DNA from: Geopsychrobacteraceae bacterium | Lineage (GTDB): Bacteria; Desulfobacterota; Desulfuromonadia; Desulfuromonadales; Geopsychrobacteraceae | Assembly (NCBI GenBank): GCA_963662315.1 | Contig: OY759353.1 | Coordinates: 2,688,001-2,752,000 of the forward strand | Direction of reading: 5' to 3' | DNA length: 64,000 nucleotides | Shown: one piece after another, positions 49,422 through 60,147 of the stretch | Position numbering within the stretch: position 1 is the stretch's first letter | Layout of the letters: the number at the start of each line of letters is the position of its first letter | Position numbers and translations under genes: made by a program | The notes under the pieces: generated by a model | Databases searched by the model: none | What the model saw: the letters and a program-made list of their open reading frames with translations, nothing else | What the model was told of the DNA's origin: nothing

Positions 49422-50813
49422 ATGCAGAACAAATCTCTCCTGTTGCTGATAGCTATCTTTATATTTGGCTGCGGTCAGGTCTTCGCCTCAGGGTTTGCCA
49501 TTATCGAACAATCCGTGTCAGGACTCGGCACCGCCTTTTCCGGTGGCGCCGCCAGTGCAGATGACCCCAGCACCGTGTTTTTTAACCCAGCGGGAATGAT
49601 GCTGCTGGAAGGGCAGCAGGCAACTGCCGGGGTGCACTATATTATGCCTTCTGTTAAGTTTAAAACTGAGAAAGCAGAGAGCACTATGTTGCCAGATGGT
49701 TCTGGTGGTTACATGACTATTCCCCTCGGCAGTGACAATGGGGGGCAGGCGGGTATCACCAAGATTGTCCCCAACCTTTACTACAGCAATCGTGTATCCG
49801 ATAAGCTGGCCTTTGGCCTGGGCATCAATGCCCCTTTCGGACTGTCCACTGAATATGACAAAACCTGGGTCGGCCGTTATCACGCCGTGGAATCGGAAGT
49901 TGTCACTATCAACATCAACCCTTCGGTTGCTTTTCAGGTCACGGAAAAACTGAGTATCGGTGCCGGTTTCAATGCTCAATACATGGAAGCAACCTTGTCG
50001 AGTATGGTCGATGGTGGTTTAGTTGGTGTCAAAGCCGGTGCGGCCATTACCCCCAGCCAAACCGCCAATGACGTCTATGTCAAAAACAATGCCGATGATT
50101 GGGGTTATGGCTACAACCTCGGTCTTATTTACGCGTTTACCCCTAAAAACCGTCTCGGCCTGCACTACCGCTCCGAAATCAAACATAAGCTTGAAGGCGA
50201 TGTAAAAGTTGATGTACCTGCATCTTTATACACAACAACATTTACCCATCCGCTATATGGCGATATTCCATTAGCTTCTTTATTTTCCAATCAAGACATC
50301 AACGGCACTATCATCCTGCCGGCCACGGCCTCCGTCAGTTACTTCCATCAACTCACTGACAAACTTGCCGTTATGGCCGATGTTACCTGGACCGAGTGGA
50401 GCAGCTTCGACAAGCTAACGATTAATTTTGAAGGGGCAGGCATCGCTGGCAACAGCAGTACAACCACCACGGAAAAATGGGATGATACCTGGCGCTACTC
50501 TATCGGCGCTACCTTCCAGGCATCCGACGATCTGTTACTGCGTATCGGTACTGCTTATGACGAGACTCCCATTTCCGACAAATACCGCACTCCTCGTATC
50601 CCAGGCGAAGATCGCATCTGGCTTTCCCTGGGAGCAGGCTATAAGGTCCTTGACCACCTGATGGTTGATGTTGCTTATACCCACTTGTTTGTCAAAGACT
50701 CCAAAATGGAAAAATCTGCCAGTGATCCTGAAGACGCAAGCCGGGGCACGGTGGTCGGTGAATTCGAAAACGCTGTCGATATCGCCAGCATTCAACTGAC
50801 CTACACCTTTTAA
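49422..50813 (+). CDS. FadL/OmpP1-family outer-membrane channel
   Basis: Signal peptide, mature N-terminus SGF..IEQS..GLG.AF, NPAGM, C-terminal YTF. Confidence 0.9.
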   Translation: MQNKSLLLLIAIFIFGCGQVFASGFAIIEQSVSGLGTAFSGGAASADDPSTVFFNPAGMMLLEGQQATAGVHYIMPSVKFKTEKAESTMLPDGSGGYMTIPLGSDNGGQAGITKIVPNLYYSNRVSDKLAFGLGINAPFGLSTEYDKTWVGRYHAVESEVVTININPSVAFQVTEKLSIGAGFNAQYMEATLSSMVDGGLVGVKAGAAITPSQTANDVYVKNNADDWGYGYNLGLIYAFTPKNRLGLHYRSEIKHKLEGDVKVDVPASLYTTTFTHPLYGDIPLASLFSNQDINGTIILPATASVSYFHQLTDKLAVMADVTWTEWSSFDKLTINFEGAGIAGNSSTTTTEKWDDTWRYSIGATFQASDDLLLRIGTAYDETPISDKYRTPRIPGEDRIWLSLGAGYKVLDHLMVDVAYTHLFVKDSKMEKSASDPEDASRGTVVGEFENAVDIASIQLTYTF

Positions 50814-50864
50814 CTCATCCGACCACGCCGGATGAGATTTAAGATCTGAAATTTCAAATCTTAC

Positions 50865-50907
50865 AGCCCCACACGGTTTCCCTTGTTTCTAGAAACCGTG
50901 TGGGGCT
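50865..50907 (+). terminator. 16-bp-stem hairpin between fadL and the first MBL gene
   Basis: agccccacacggtttc...gaaaccgtgtggggct; no U-tract. Confidence 0.5.
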
Positions 50908-50919
50908 AAACTCTTCTTC

Positions 50920-51879
50920 ATGATTCCACACCAGCACACCATAGACACCCCCTACTTTGTCGGGGCCGTTCATTGCTATAGCACCGAAATCAATGGAGAG
51001 CTTGTCCTTTTGGACACCGGACCCCCGACCCTTGAGGCCGTCGAATACCTGCGCACCAACCTCGACCTGAGCAAACTTAAGCACGTTATCGTTACCCATT
51101 GTCATCTCGACCATTTCGGCTTGGTCCACTGGCTGGAGCAAGAGACAGACGCGACAATCTATATTCCCTTTCGCGATGCCCTTCGCTTTCAAAACCAAGA
51201 ACGACGTCAAGGACTGATGCATGACCTGTTGCTGCAGATCGGCTTTGAGGCAGATTTCGTGAATCGCTTCATGGAGCGCCACAGCGTTAATGAAGTCGGC
51301 GTCAGTGAACCACAGCAGTATCAGATTATTGAAGAAAGTGACCTTCCTGCTAAACTCGGCATTACCCCCTTAGCATGTCCGGGGCATTCGCAAAGTGACC
51401 TGGTGTTGCAGGGGGACAGCTGGGCGGTCAGCGGTGATGTGCTGCTGAAGGAAATTTTTCAGACGCCGTTGCTGGATGTCGATCTGCTGTCAGAGCAGCG
51501 GTTCCGAAACTACCATGCCTACTGCGACAGCCTGGTGAAGCTGGTGACCCTCAAGGGGAAACAGATCCTCCCCGGCCACCGCCATAACATCGAAAGTATC
51601 GACGCTTGTCTGTTGTTTTATCTGAACAAACTGCTCGAACGGGCCGGGCGGGTCAAAAAACTGCCGCTGACCATGAACGCCGTGGAAACGGTCTGCAATT
51701 TACTTGGAGATAAACAATCATCCCCCTTTATCAGCTACCTCAAAGCTTCGGAAATTCTTTTTCTGCGTGATTTTCTTGCCGAACCAGAGCTATTATGTCA
51801 GGCAACAATGAAAATTGGTTTGTACTCTCAATTAGCAGACAGCTTTACAGGTTTTATCTCCACATCCGAGAAAGAATAA
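50920..51879 (+). CDS. Metallo-beta-lactamase-fold hydrolase
   Basis: LDTG, THCHLDH, PGHS, SGD, PGH. Confidence 0.88.
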   Translation: MIPHQHTIDTPYFVGAVHCYSTEINGELVLLDTGPPTLEAVEYLRTNLDLSKLKHVIVTHCHLDHFGLVHWLEQETDATIYIPFRDALRFQNQERRQGLMHDLLLQIGFEADFVNRFMERHSVNEVGVSEPQQYQIIEESDLPAKLGITPLACPGHSQSDLVLQGDSWAVSGDVLLKEIFQTPLLDVDLLSEQRFRNYHAYCDSLVKLVTLKGKQILPGHRHNIESIDACLLFYLNKLLERAGRVKKLPLTMNAVETVCNLLGDKQSSPFISYLKASEILFLRDFLAEPELLCQATMKIGLYSQLADSFTGFISTSEKE

Positions 51880-51918
51880 GCACAACAGATAGTATCTCAC
51901 CTCTGACAGGAGGCGCAT

Positions 51919-52152
51919 GTGCCCGTTATCATCTTGGATCATTGTACCGGCTGCGGAGCCTGCGTCGCCAGTTGTCAGAGCGGTGCGATTACATTGCAGA
52001 CAGATTCTGCTGATGGTTTTGGCCGTAAAAAAGCCGTTGTCAGCTTCCCCCTCTGTTTGAGCTGCGGTGCATGCATTCTGACCTGTCACCACCACGCCAT
52101 TGAGTTTGCCTCGGGTTTCCCGAAAAAATTGTCCAAACCTGAGACTCAATAA
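51919..52152 (+). CDS. 2x[4Fe-4S] ferredoxin
   Basis: CTGCGACVASC and CLSCGACILTC; AGGAGG before GTG. Confidence 0.85.
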   Translation: MPVIILDHCTGCGACVASCQSGAITLQTDSADGFGRKKAVVSFPLCLSCGACILTCHHHAIEFASGFPKKLSKPETQ

Positions 52153-52261
52153 CCGAGCCTTACTGTTCCCAATTCCGTAACAGACGCATCTGCGGACTTT
52201 TATCATTTCAGCAAATGAGAGCTTACGGACACTGTATTCACTGAAAGACAGCTAAACACCT

Positions 52262-53476
52262 ATGAACACCGACATCAAGCCTGAGACAACAACTTCAAAA
52301 ATCGCCACGCTCCTGGTCCTGTCCAGCGTTCTGGCCATCGGTATCGGCCAATCCATGACCTTTGCGCTGCTGGCACCACTGGGGCGCGAAATTGGCCTGA
52401 AAGAACTCCAGATCGGTGTGATTATCAGCGGATCTGCAATAACCTACACAATGATGAGCCCTATCTGGGGACGTACTTGCGACCGGGTCGGGCGTAAACC
52501 GATTCTCATTCTCGGGCTGATTGGCTACGTCGGTGGCTGCAGCGCCTTTGCTACCATGTTCCTGCTCGGTTTTAAGGGCTATCTTTCCGGACTGGTTTTA
52601 TTTACCGCAATTATTGTCAGCCGGGTCCTCATGGCCTCCCTGATGTCAGCTGCCCCCAGTGCCGCAGCGGGATATATCGCCGACACAACCAGCAAAGAGC
52701 AGCGTGTTGCCGGCATGGGGCGGCTTGGCGCAGCACGGACCCTGGGCGCAATTATGGGCCCTGCACTAAGCGGTATCCTGGTTATTTTTGGCTTACTGGC
52801 CCCGCTCTACATTGCCGCGGCAATTACCCTGGTGACCCTGATCATCATCACCATCATTTTGAAGGAACCCAAACACAGTCCACACCAGTCAATAAAGACC
52901 AAGAAGCTTCAATGGCTCGACAGCCGCTATCGTGCCTATGTCCTGACCGGCTTCTTCACCTTTATTGCTTTTTCGATGATGTCCCAGACCATCGGTTTCT
53001 ATTTTCAGGATCGCTTTGTCCTGGACGCACAGAAAACTGCCCAGGTCGTCGGCACTGGCATGATGATTTCGGCACTGATGTCTTTATTCTCCCAATCCGT
53101 CCTTGTTGGCCGCCTGGGCATGAAACCACAGCAGTTAATTTACTGCGGACTCCCGTTGCTGGGCACTGGCTTTGCCCTGCTCCCTTTTGTCAGTAACATG
53201 ATCCTGGTATTTACGATTCTGGGAGTACAGGGCCTGGGCCTTGGGCTTATTGCTCCAGCCTTTACTGGGGGGGCATCCCTGGCCGTTTCAAGTGACGAAC
53301 AGGGTGCCATCGGGGGCATTATTTCCTCCTGCCCGGCAGCAGGCTTCGTCCTTGGGCCAATTATCGGCACCAGCCTTTACCAACTGGCCCAGCCCCTCCC
53401 CTATCTCTGTGCCTGCGTCCTGATGATTATTCTGCTGATCTACTTGCGTTGTTTTGGTTTTCGAGGTCACAATTGA
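52262..53476 (+). CDS. MFS transporter (TetA/DHA1-like)
   Basis: About 12 TMs; motif A WGRTCDRVGRKP; GAIMGPALSG. Confidence 0.88.
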   Translation: MNTDIKPETTTSKIATLLVLSSVLAIGIGQSMTFALLAPLGREIGLKELQIGVIISGSAITYTMMSPIWGRTCDRVGRKPILILGLIGYVGGCSAFATMFLLGFKGYLSGLVLFTAIIVSRVLMASLMSAAPSAAAGYIADTTSKEQRVAGMGRLGAARTLGAIMGPALSGILVIFGLLAPLYIAAAITLVTLIIITIILKEPKHSPHQSIKTKKLQWLDSRYRAYVLTGFFTFIAFSMMSQTIGFYFQDRFVLDAQKTAQVVGTGMMISALMSLFSQSVLVGRLGMKPQQLIYCGLPLLGTGFALLPFVSNMILVFTILGVQGLGLGLIAPAFTGGASLAVSSDEQGAIGGIISSCPAAGFVLGPIIGTSLYQLAQPLPYLCACVLMIILLIYLRCFGFRGHN

Positions 53477-53624
53477 CAAGATCAGAAAAAAGCACTTAAA
53501 AACAGATCAAAGCTCTTTTGTCATCAGTCAAGTTCCAGTAAGCTTAAAGGCTCTTGAGCGATGATTTTCCCCGTTGCGATTTTGGTACAACGCCTATCGC
53601 GGCATTGCAATGTAAGTGGCGGTT

Positions 53625-54590
53625 ATGATCCCTCAACAACATACGTTTGAAACACCCTATCTGGTGGGTGCTGTGCATTGTTACAGCATGGAAATTAATG
53701 ATGAGCTGATCCTGTTTGACAGTGGTCCGCCGCTGGAAAGTGCCAAACAATACCTGCAACAGAATTTGCCGCTGGAACGCCTTAAACATGTTGTCATGAC
53801 CCATTGTCATATTGAACATTACGGTCTGGCTGACTGGCTCAGTAAAGAAACTGACGCGACCATCTACGTTCCTTACCGTGACCATATCCGTATCAGTCGT
53901 CACCATGAGAACATGCAGCATATCTATACCATGCTGGCCGATATTGGTTTCAGTTCTGCGTTTCTGGCAAAGTTTCAGAAGGAAATTGACACCCCCGGAC
54001 TGATCTATCCCGATCCTCCCGTTAATTACAAGATCATTCAAGCGGAACTGCCACCGGAGTTGGGAATCGAATTCATTCCCTGCCCCGGCCACTCCCAGAG
54101 TGATCTGGCCTTGTGCCGCGAAAACTGGGCGATCACCGGTGACATTATGCTGCGCAACATCTTTCAGACGCCGCTATTGGAGTGGGATTTTCATACCAAT
54201 GAACGTTTTCACAACTACTCTGCGTATTGCCACAGTCTGGCCAACATGGCTTCCCTGCGCGGTAAAACCATTCTGCCTGGCCATCGCTTCAATATCGATA
54301 GCGTCGGCAGTTGCCTGTTGTTTTATCTGAACAAGTTGCTTGACCGCGCCAGTTTACTCATCGACTTTCCGGTCACCGCCAAAACCGCCGACATTCTTGA
54401 TAAAATCATCGGAATCAACACGGACTTTGCTTTTGCCAGCTATGCAAAGGCTTCGGAAATCATTTTTTTACGCGATTTCCTGGCCGAACCGGAGCGATTG
54501 CGTCAGGCGGCAGAAGGGATTGGCTTGTTTGCGCCGCTTGCTGACAAATACCATCAGCTTTGCGGAGCATTGCAGCGTAAGGCATGCTGA
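53625..54590 (+). CDS. Metallo-beta-lactamase-fold hydrolase, paralogue of 50920-51879
   Basis: THCHIEH, CPGHSQSDL, IFQTPLL, CLLFYLNKLL and KASEI shared with the first copy. Confidence 0.86.
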   Translation: MIPQQHTFETPYLVGAVHCYSMEINDELILFDSGPPLESAKQYLQQNLPLERLKHVVMTHCHIEHYGLADWLSKETDATIYVPYRDHIRISRHHENMQHIYTMLADIGFSSAFLAKFQKEIDTPGLIYPDPPVNYKIIQAELPPELGIEFIPCPGHSQSDLALCRENWAITGDIMLRNIFQTPLLEWDFHTNERFHNYSAYCHSLANMASLRGKTILPGHRFNIDSVGSCLLFYLNKLLDRASLLIDFPVTAKTADILDKIIGINTDFAFASYAKASEIIFLRDFLAEPERLRQAAEGIGLFAPLADKYHQLCGALQRKAC

Positions 54591-54630
54591 GCTCAGTAGC
54601 CCTGTCTGAATAGCATTGCCGAGAATAAAT

Positions 54631-54661
54631 AAAGGCCCCAGCAACTATTCTGCCGGGGCCT
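54631..54661. terminator. Terminator between convergent genes
   Basis: aggccccagca...tgccggggcct inverted repeat. Confidence 0.6.
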
Positions 54662-54689
54662 ACATATATGCCTTTCGAATACTCTTTGT

Positions 54690-56015
54690 TTAGATCGGCC
54701 CGGTACTCATAACCGGACTAAGCACTTCAATCTTGCCGGTCTTGATCCGCATGTTGTAAATATCCTCGATATCCTTGTACATCTGGAACAGCTGGAAGAA
54801 ACCATGCCAATGGGTATAATCAGGTCCGTTCATGGCGGTTCCGTGACGGGCCCGGCGGCCGGCGTGGTGCCAGAAATAGTAGGACAGCTCAAGGAACGGA
54901 TCTTTCCAGGCATCGGCCTTAAGCAGGTTCTTCTCTTTGAGATCTTTCTGCATTTCGACAATCTTATCCCAGTAGCTGTTGTAAAGATTGACGGTATTGT
55001 CAAGCGCCTGGCGCTGCCCTTCAATGTGGGTTTCACCATGACAGTTGGCACAAACCTGCTTCATCAGGGCCTCACCCTTCTCACCATCACCACGCTCACC
55101 GCTTCTGACGTTACTACGCTTGTGAACCAGATCATACTTGAGGCGCTCATTGACATTGTGAGTAGTCTTCAGATCGCCAATACCGCTCATATGACAGGTC
55201 GCACATGTCGGAGCCGTATAATCGCCCGGTTCCCATTCATCTTTCGGACTGTCCCACTGCCACTCGTCACCATGCGCCAGGAACATCTGGCCGTGCTTGC
55301 TCTCAGTATAAATTTCAATATCCGGATGGTCAGGGCCTAAGTGGCAGCTGGCACACGCTTCCGGCTTACGTGCTTCAGCTTTGGAAAATGCATGACGGGT
55401 ATGACAAACTGTACAGTTACCAACACCACCATCAGGGTAACGATGGCCAACACCGGCCGGCCAAGTTCCATTGATTGGCTTGTTGTCCGCACCCAGCTCA
55501 ACTTCGCCGCCATGGCACATCTGGCAACCAGCTTCCTTGCTGGCGCGGTTTTGTGGATCCATCGGATCGATACCGATAAATTCACCACCTTCAAAGTGGT
55601 GCATCAGCTTGATCATCGCCTTGTTCTCGACAACAGCTTTACTCGACAACTTAGCATGGCCACTCTGTAGGAACTGCTCAACCTCTTCAGCATGGCACTG
55701 TGCACAGGTTTTACTGGAAACCATTGGAGAAATATAGGTTTCCGTGCCTTTCAGCCCCGCGCACTGGGAAGCCATCGGTGATGACTTTTCAACCCTATGA
55801 CAGTCATAGCAGGAAACCCCTTCCTTGGCCATGACACCCTCTGCCCAGCCGGCAACAACCCCTGGTGTTTTTTCAGCGTGGCAATTGACACAAGCAGCCG
55901 CTTCTTTCGACATTCCTTTTGTGATTTCAGCAGTATTCATGGCGAACACTGCAGAGTCCATCAGCATGACGACACTGATAACCAAACAGAACTTCAGATA
56001 ACTTTTCAATCTCAT
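54690..56015 (-). CDS. Octaheme hydroxylamine-oxidoreductase-family cytochrome c (epsilon-Hao-like)
   Basis: Signal peptide, 8 Cxx[45 protein letters not shown]. Confidence 0.88.
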   Translation of the reverse strand: MRLKSYLKFCLVISVVMLMDSAVFAMNTAEITKGMSKEAAACVNCHAEKTPGVVAGWAEGVMAKEGVSCYDCHRVEKSSPMASQCAGLKGTETYISPMVSSKTCAQCHAEEVEQFLQSGHAKLSSKAVVENKAMIKLMHHFEGGEFIGIDPMDPQNRASKEAGCQMCHGGEVELGADNKPINGTWPAGVGHRYPDGGVGNCTVCHTRHAFSKAEARKPEACASCHLGPDHPDIEIYTESKHGQMFLAHGDEWQWDSPKDEWEPGDYTAPTCATCHMSGIGDLKTTHNVNERLKYDLVHKRSNVRSGERGDGEKGEALMKQVCANCHGETHIEGQRQALDNTVNLYNSYWDKIVEMQKDLKEKNLLKADAWKDPFLELSYYFWHHAGRRARHGTAMNGPDYTHWHGFFQLFQMYKDIEDIYNMRIKTGKIEVLSPVMSTGPI

Positions 56016-56067
56016 TATGACCTCCTTGATCTGTGGCAGAAAAGAAACCTTTCTTGTCCGGTTGTAA

Positions 56068-56083
56068 AGCAACACGAATGCCA
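56068..56083 (-). promoter_or_regulatory. Sigma54 promoter of the hao-like gene
   Basis: Reverse complement TGGCATTCGTGTTGCT, 52 bp upstream of the ATG. Confidence 0.8.
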
Positions 56084-56225
56084 ACTGGATTTCTCTTCAA
56101 TTCAGGCTACATAGATTTTTCAGAATATCTATTTTATTACCAATAAGTAGCGCTGACCTGCGCATTCATGTTACCGTTCGGTAGCATAAAATATTTGCCG
56201 AGCACTTTTGCCCAGGTAGGTCGCC

Positions 56226-57782
56226 ATGCAGCTCAAAACAAAATTTATTCTTTTCATTGCTCTGATCGTGTGCCTGTCTTACGGCATTACCTTTTACCGT
56301 ACGGCCGCTTTCCAGGAAGAACTTGTCGTCGAACAGGCGACCATTCAAGCCAAGATGCTCTTTAACCAGATCCGCCTGACCCGCCAATGGATTGCCGATC
56401 ACAACGGCCTGTTTCTGATCAAAGAACCCGGCGTCGAAGCCAACCCGTTTCTGAAAGACAGTGAAATTCAGGATAGTCAGGGGAACTGGCTGGTCAGGCG
56501 CAACCCCGCCATGGTCACCCGCGAGCTGTCTCTATATGCAGCCAAAGAAGGGATGGGCCAGTTCAACGTCACCAGTCTGAAACCGGTCAATCCGCTGAAT
56601 GCTCCCGATGAGTTTGAACGTCATACTCTCCACGAATTTGAACAGGGCAAACCGGAGGCCATTGAAATTGAAAAGGTTTCAGGCAGCTACCGCCTGCGCT
56701 ACATGGCCCCTCTGCCGGTCGATGAACGGTGCCTGAGTTGCCATGGCCAGCAAGGCTACAAAGTTGGCGATATCCGTGGTGGCATGAATGTCACCATCCC
56801 CATGGACTGGGCCTACGCCAAAATCCGTACAAACAATCTGTTTCTCCTCAAAATTGCCTTGGCCACCATTATTCTGGTGTCACTGTCTATCTCATTTCTG
56901 TTTAACGGTCTGGTCGGTCGGCGCCTGAAAAAACTGTCCGGCGCCATGGACACATACCCGCAACACCCCTTTGTCCCTGACAGCACCCCCTATCATAAAA
57001 CCGATGAAATTGGTGTTCTCGACCATCACTTCTACGAACTGTGTCAGCGCCTTGAGACATCACAGATCGAACTCGACAAAACCCGTGAGCAGGTCTTTCG
57101 TAGTGAAAAGCAGGCAGCCCTGGGGCGTTTGGTAGCCGGAATATCGCATGAAATAAACAACCCGTTAGGTGGCATGCAAAATTGTCTGCAGATTCTGGAA
57201 AAGAATCCGGACAAACCGGAAGCGGTCCAGCGCTACCTGACCCTGCTTGGCCAGGGTGTGTCACGCATCAAAGCGACGGTTCAGCAATTGCTCAATATCG
57301 GCCGCCCGGAACCGCTGGAGATCAAAAACGACGCCATTGATCGGGTCATCAAAGACTGTGTTGACCTGTCCTGCTTGGGGCACCGCAACATCACCGTCAC
57401 CTTTGACCTCAATGTCGGGCAGAACATCACCACCGGCATTGAAGCGATCCGTCAGGTTATTCTGAACCTGGCCGGCAATGCCGTACAGGCCATCGGCTCT
57501 AACGTAGGGACCCTGAAAGTCACCAGCACACTCCGCAACAACACCCTGCGTATTCGTATCATTGACGATGGTCCGGGCATTCCACCGGAAAATCTTGATA
57601 AAATTTTTGAGCCCTTTTTCACGACCAAAGAGGTGGGCGAAGGAACCGGTCTGGGCCTCTCCGTTTCCCACGCGTTAATCCACCAGCTCGGTGGTGAGCT
57701 GCATGCGACCAACAACCCCGGTGGCGGAGCCTGTTTCAAGATTGATATCCCCCTCACCACAATTGCAGAGGATAAGCTATGA
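56226..57782 (+). CDS. Sensor histidine kinase with DUF3365/Tll0287-like heme-c domain
   Basis: NPAM..RELS, SLKPVNP.N.PD.FE, CLSCH, G.IRGG; SHEINNP; GTGLGL. Confidence 0.9.
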   Translation: MQLKTKFILFIALIVCLSYGITFYRTAAFQEELVVEQATIQAKMLFNQIRLTRQWIADHNGLFLIKEPGVEANPFLKDSEIQDSQGNWLVRRNPAMVTRELSLYAAKEGMGQFNVTSLKPVNPLNAPDEFERHTLHEFEQGKPEAIEIEKVSGSYRLRYMAPLPVDERCLSCHGQQGYKVGDIRGGMNVTIPMDWAYAKIRTNNLFLLKIALATIILVSLSISFLFNGLVGRRLKKLSGAMDTYPQHPFVPDSTPYHKTDEIGVLDHHFYELCQRLETSQIELDKTREQVFRSEKQAALGRLVAGISHEINNPLGGMQNCLQILEKNPDKPEAVQRYLTLLGQGVSRIKATVQQLLNIGRPEPLEIKNDAIDRVIKDCVDLSCLGHRNITVTFDLNVGQNITTGIEAIRQVILNLAGNAVQAIGSNVGTLKVTSTLRNNTLRIRIIDDGPGIPPENLDKIFEPFFTTKEVGEGTGLGLSVSHALIHQLGGELHATNNPGGGACFKIDIPLTTIAEDKL

Positions 57783-59116
57783 CCCCACAGATTCTGGTGG
57801 TTGAAGATGACGATATTATGCGCATTACCGTCTGTGACCACCTGGCCAGTCTGAACCTGCAGGTGACCGAAGCAACCAACGGTAACGCTGCTCTAGAGCT
57901 GGTCAAAACCCATAATTACGATGTTATCGTGTCCGATATCCGTATGCCGGGGATGGACGGACAGACATTACTGGCGGCGGTTAAGCGGCTCCGCCCGACC
58001 AGCGAAGTGATTATGATGACCGCACATGGCAGTACCGATCACGCCATCGACTGTCTGAAAAACGGTGCGGCTGATTACATCCTCAAACCTTTTGATCTTG
58101 ATGATCTGACCTGCCGGGTTGAACGCATCCTGACCATGCAAAAGATCAAGGCACGTTGTGCATCCCTGGAAAGTGGAGCGACTAAACGTTATCCGCTGAT
58201 CGGCTCCAGCATCGCCATGCAACAGGTCCTGAGCCTGATCAGCCAGGTCGCCCAGACCGACGCCACGGTTTTAATTCAGGGGGAAAGTGGCACCGGCAAG
58301 GAACTGGTCGCAGCGGCGCTTCACTATGAAAGCCGACGGAAAGATAAACCCTACATCCGCGTTAACTGTGCAGCGATCCCGGTAGGCTTGCTGGAATCCG
58401 AGCTGTTTGGTCATGAAAAAGGCGCGTTTACCGGCGCTGACCGGACCAACATCGGAAAATTCGAACTGGCCGATCAAGGGACGATCTTGCTTGATGAGAT
58501 CGGTGACATGCCCATCGATCTGCAGGTAAAACTCCTGCGCGTGCTGCAGGAGCAGGAAATTGAACGGGTTGGTGGTAAACAACCACTCAGAATTAATGTC
58601 AGGGTCCTATGTGCAACGGCCAAAGATCTGGCGGCAGCGGTGCGAAACGGACAGTTTCGCGAAGATCTGTTCTACCGCCTGCAGGTCATTCCCATCACTG
58701 TCCCGCCCTTACGCCAGCGCAGAGAGGACATTCCCGCGCTCACTGAGTTTTACCTGCAGAAATTCGGCAGCGAGCGCGGTCTTAAATTTTCACTGTCAGA
58801 AGAAGCTGCGCAAGCGTTCAACAACTACTCGTTCCCGGGCAACGTCCGCGAACTGCGCAACCTGCTTGAGCGTTTGACCGTCCTGGCCCCGGCTCCACAA
58901 ATTCAACTTTGGAATCTGCCGGTTGAACTGCGTGGTGGAACCGATGAAAATGACGGATGTGAAGAATTGAACCTGTCAACAGCTGTTGCCAACACCGAAA
59001 AGAGATGTATACTCAGAGCGCTGAAAAAGACCAACGGCAATAAAACCGAAGCGGCCGATCTTCTGGGTATCAGCCGCAAAAATTTGTGGGAGAAGATGAA
59101 GAGTTACAACCTGTAA
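57779..59116 (+). CDS. Sigma54-dependent response regulator
   Basis: REC, GESGTGKE, GAFTGA, Fis-type HTH. Confidence 0.94.
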   Translation: MTPQILVVEDDDIMRITVCDHLASLNLQVTEATNGNAALELVKTHNYDVIVSDIRMPGMDGQTLLAAVKRLRPTSEVIMMTAHGSTDHAIDCLKNGAADYILKPFDLDDLTCRVERILTMQKIKARCASLESGATKRYPLIGSSIAMQQVLSLISQVAQTDATVLIQGESGTGKELVAAALHYESRRKDKPYIRVNCAAIPVGLLESELFGHEKGAFTGADRTNIGKFELADQGTILLDEIGDMPIDLQVKLLRVLQEQEIERVGGKQPLRINVRVLCATAKDLAAAVRNGQFREDLFYRLQVIPITVPPLRQRREDIPALTEFYLQKFGSERGLKFSLSEEAAQAFNNYSFPGNVRELRNLLERLTVLAPAPQIQLWNLPVELRGGTDENDGCEELNLSTAVANTEKRCILRALKKTNGNKTEAADLLGISRKNLWEKMKSYNL

Positions 59117-59235
59117 GGTTTCAGCACCAAGCAAATCTGAAAACCACTTCTAACTTTTCCTTTATTTAAAGTCAGACATAATTGTCAGATAAAAGCAGCA
59201 CCGTTTACTGTTGCATGACAATTGATAGGTAAACT

Positions 59236-60147
59236 ATGTCAAACATCCTTGAAATATCTGAACTGCGAAAAAACTACGGAGATTTTACCGCCGTCGATGG
59301 CATCAGTCTAAAGGTCAAAAAAGGGGAATGCTTTGGCTTGCTCGGCCCAAACGGGGCCGGTAAGACCACCACCATCCGCATGATTTACGGTTTTACCCCG
59401 CGTACCAGTGGCACCCTGAAACTGTTTGGCCTTGATATTGATGACAAACTGCGCGACATCAAGGCACGCATTGGTATTTGCCAGCAGGAGGATTCCCTCG
59501 ACCCCGACATGAACCTGCGCGACAACCTGATCGGTTTTGCCCGCTATTTCTCCATCTCCCATAAAGAAGCCAAGTCCCGAACTGACGAATTGCTTGAATT
59601 TTTCTCCCTGGAGAATCGGGCCAGAGATGACGTCCGGATTCTGTCCGGCGGACTGAAACGGCGCCTCATGCTCGCTCGCGCCCTGATTAACAATCCGGAG
59701 CTGATTATTCTCGATGAACCGACCACGGGTCTTGATCCGCAGAGCCGGCAACTACTGTGGGAAAAACTCGCCGCGCTGAAAAAACAGGGGCTGACCATAC
59801 TGCTGACCACCCATTACATGGAAGAAGCCGAACGCCTGTGCGACCGGATGGTTATTGTCGATCACGGCCGCATTCTTATCGAAGGGCAGCCGCGGGAACT
59901 GATCCGCACTGAAATCGGCCGTGAGGTGCTTGAAATCCACGAACCGGACCAGCAGATACGCGATTTCCTGCGCCAGCACAATGCCAGGATCGACGATCTG
60001 GACAAGCGCCTGCTTGTCTACCTGGATAACGGCAATGACCTGTTCCTGGAATTAACCCGCGATATCCGCAGTGAAGGGTGCACTCTGCGCCCTGCTTCAC
60101 TCGAAGACCTTTTCCTAAAACTGACCGGACGGGAGCTACGCGAATGA
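59236..60147 (+). CDS. ABC transporter ATP-binding protein (NodI-like)
   Basis: GPNGAGKTT, LSGGLKRR, LDEPTTGLDPQSR. Confidence 0.92.
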   Translation: MSNILEISELRKNYGDFTAVDGISLKVKKGECFGLLGPNGAGKTTTIRMIYGFTPRTSGTLKLFGLDIDDKLRDIKARIGICQQEDSLDPDMNLRDNLIGFARYFSISHKEAKSRTDELLEFFSLENRARDDVRILSGGLKRRLMLARALINNPELIILDEPTTGLDPQSRQLLWEKLAALKKQGLTILLTTHYMEEAERLCDRMVIVDHGRILIEGQPRELIRTEIGREVLEIHEPDQQIRDFLRQHNARIDDLDKRLLVYLDNGNDLFLELTRDIRSEGCTLRPASLEDLFLKLTGRELRE

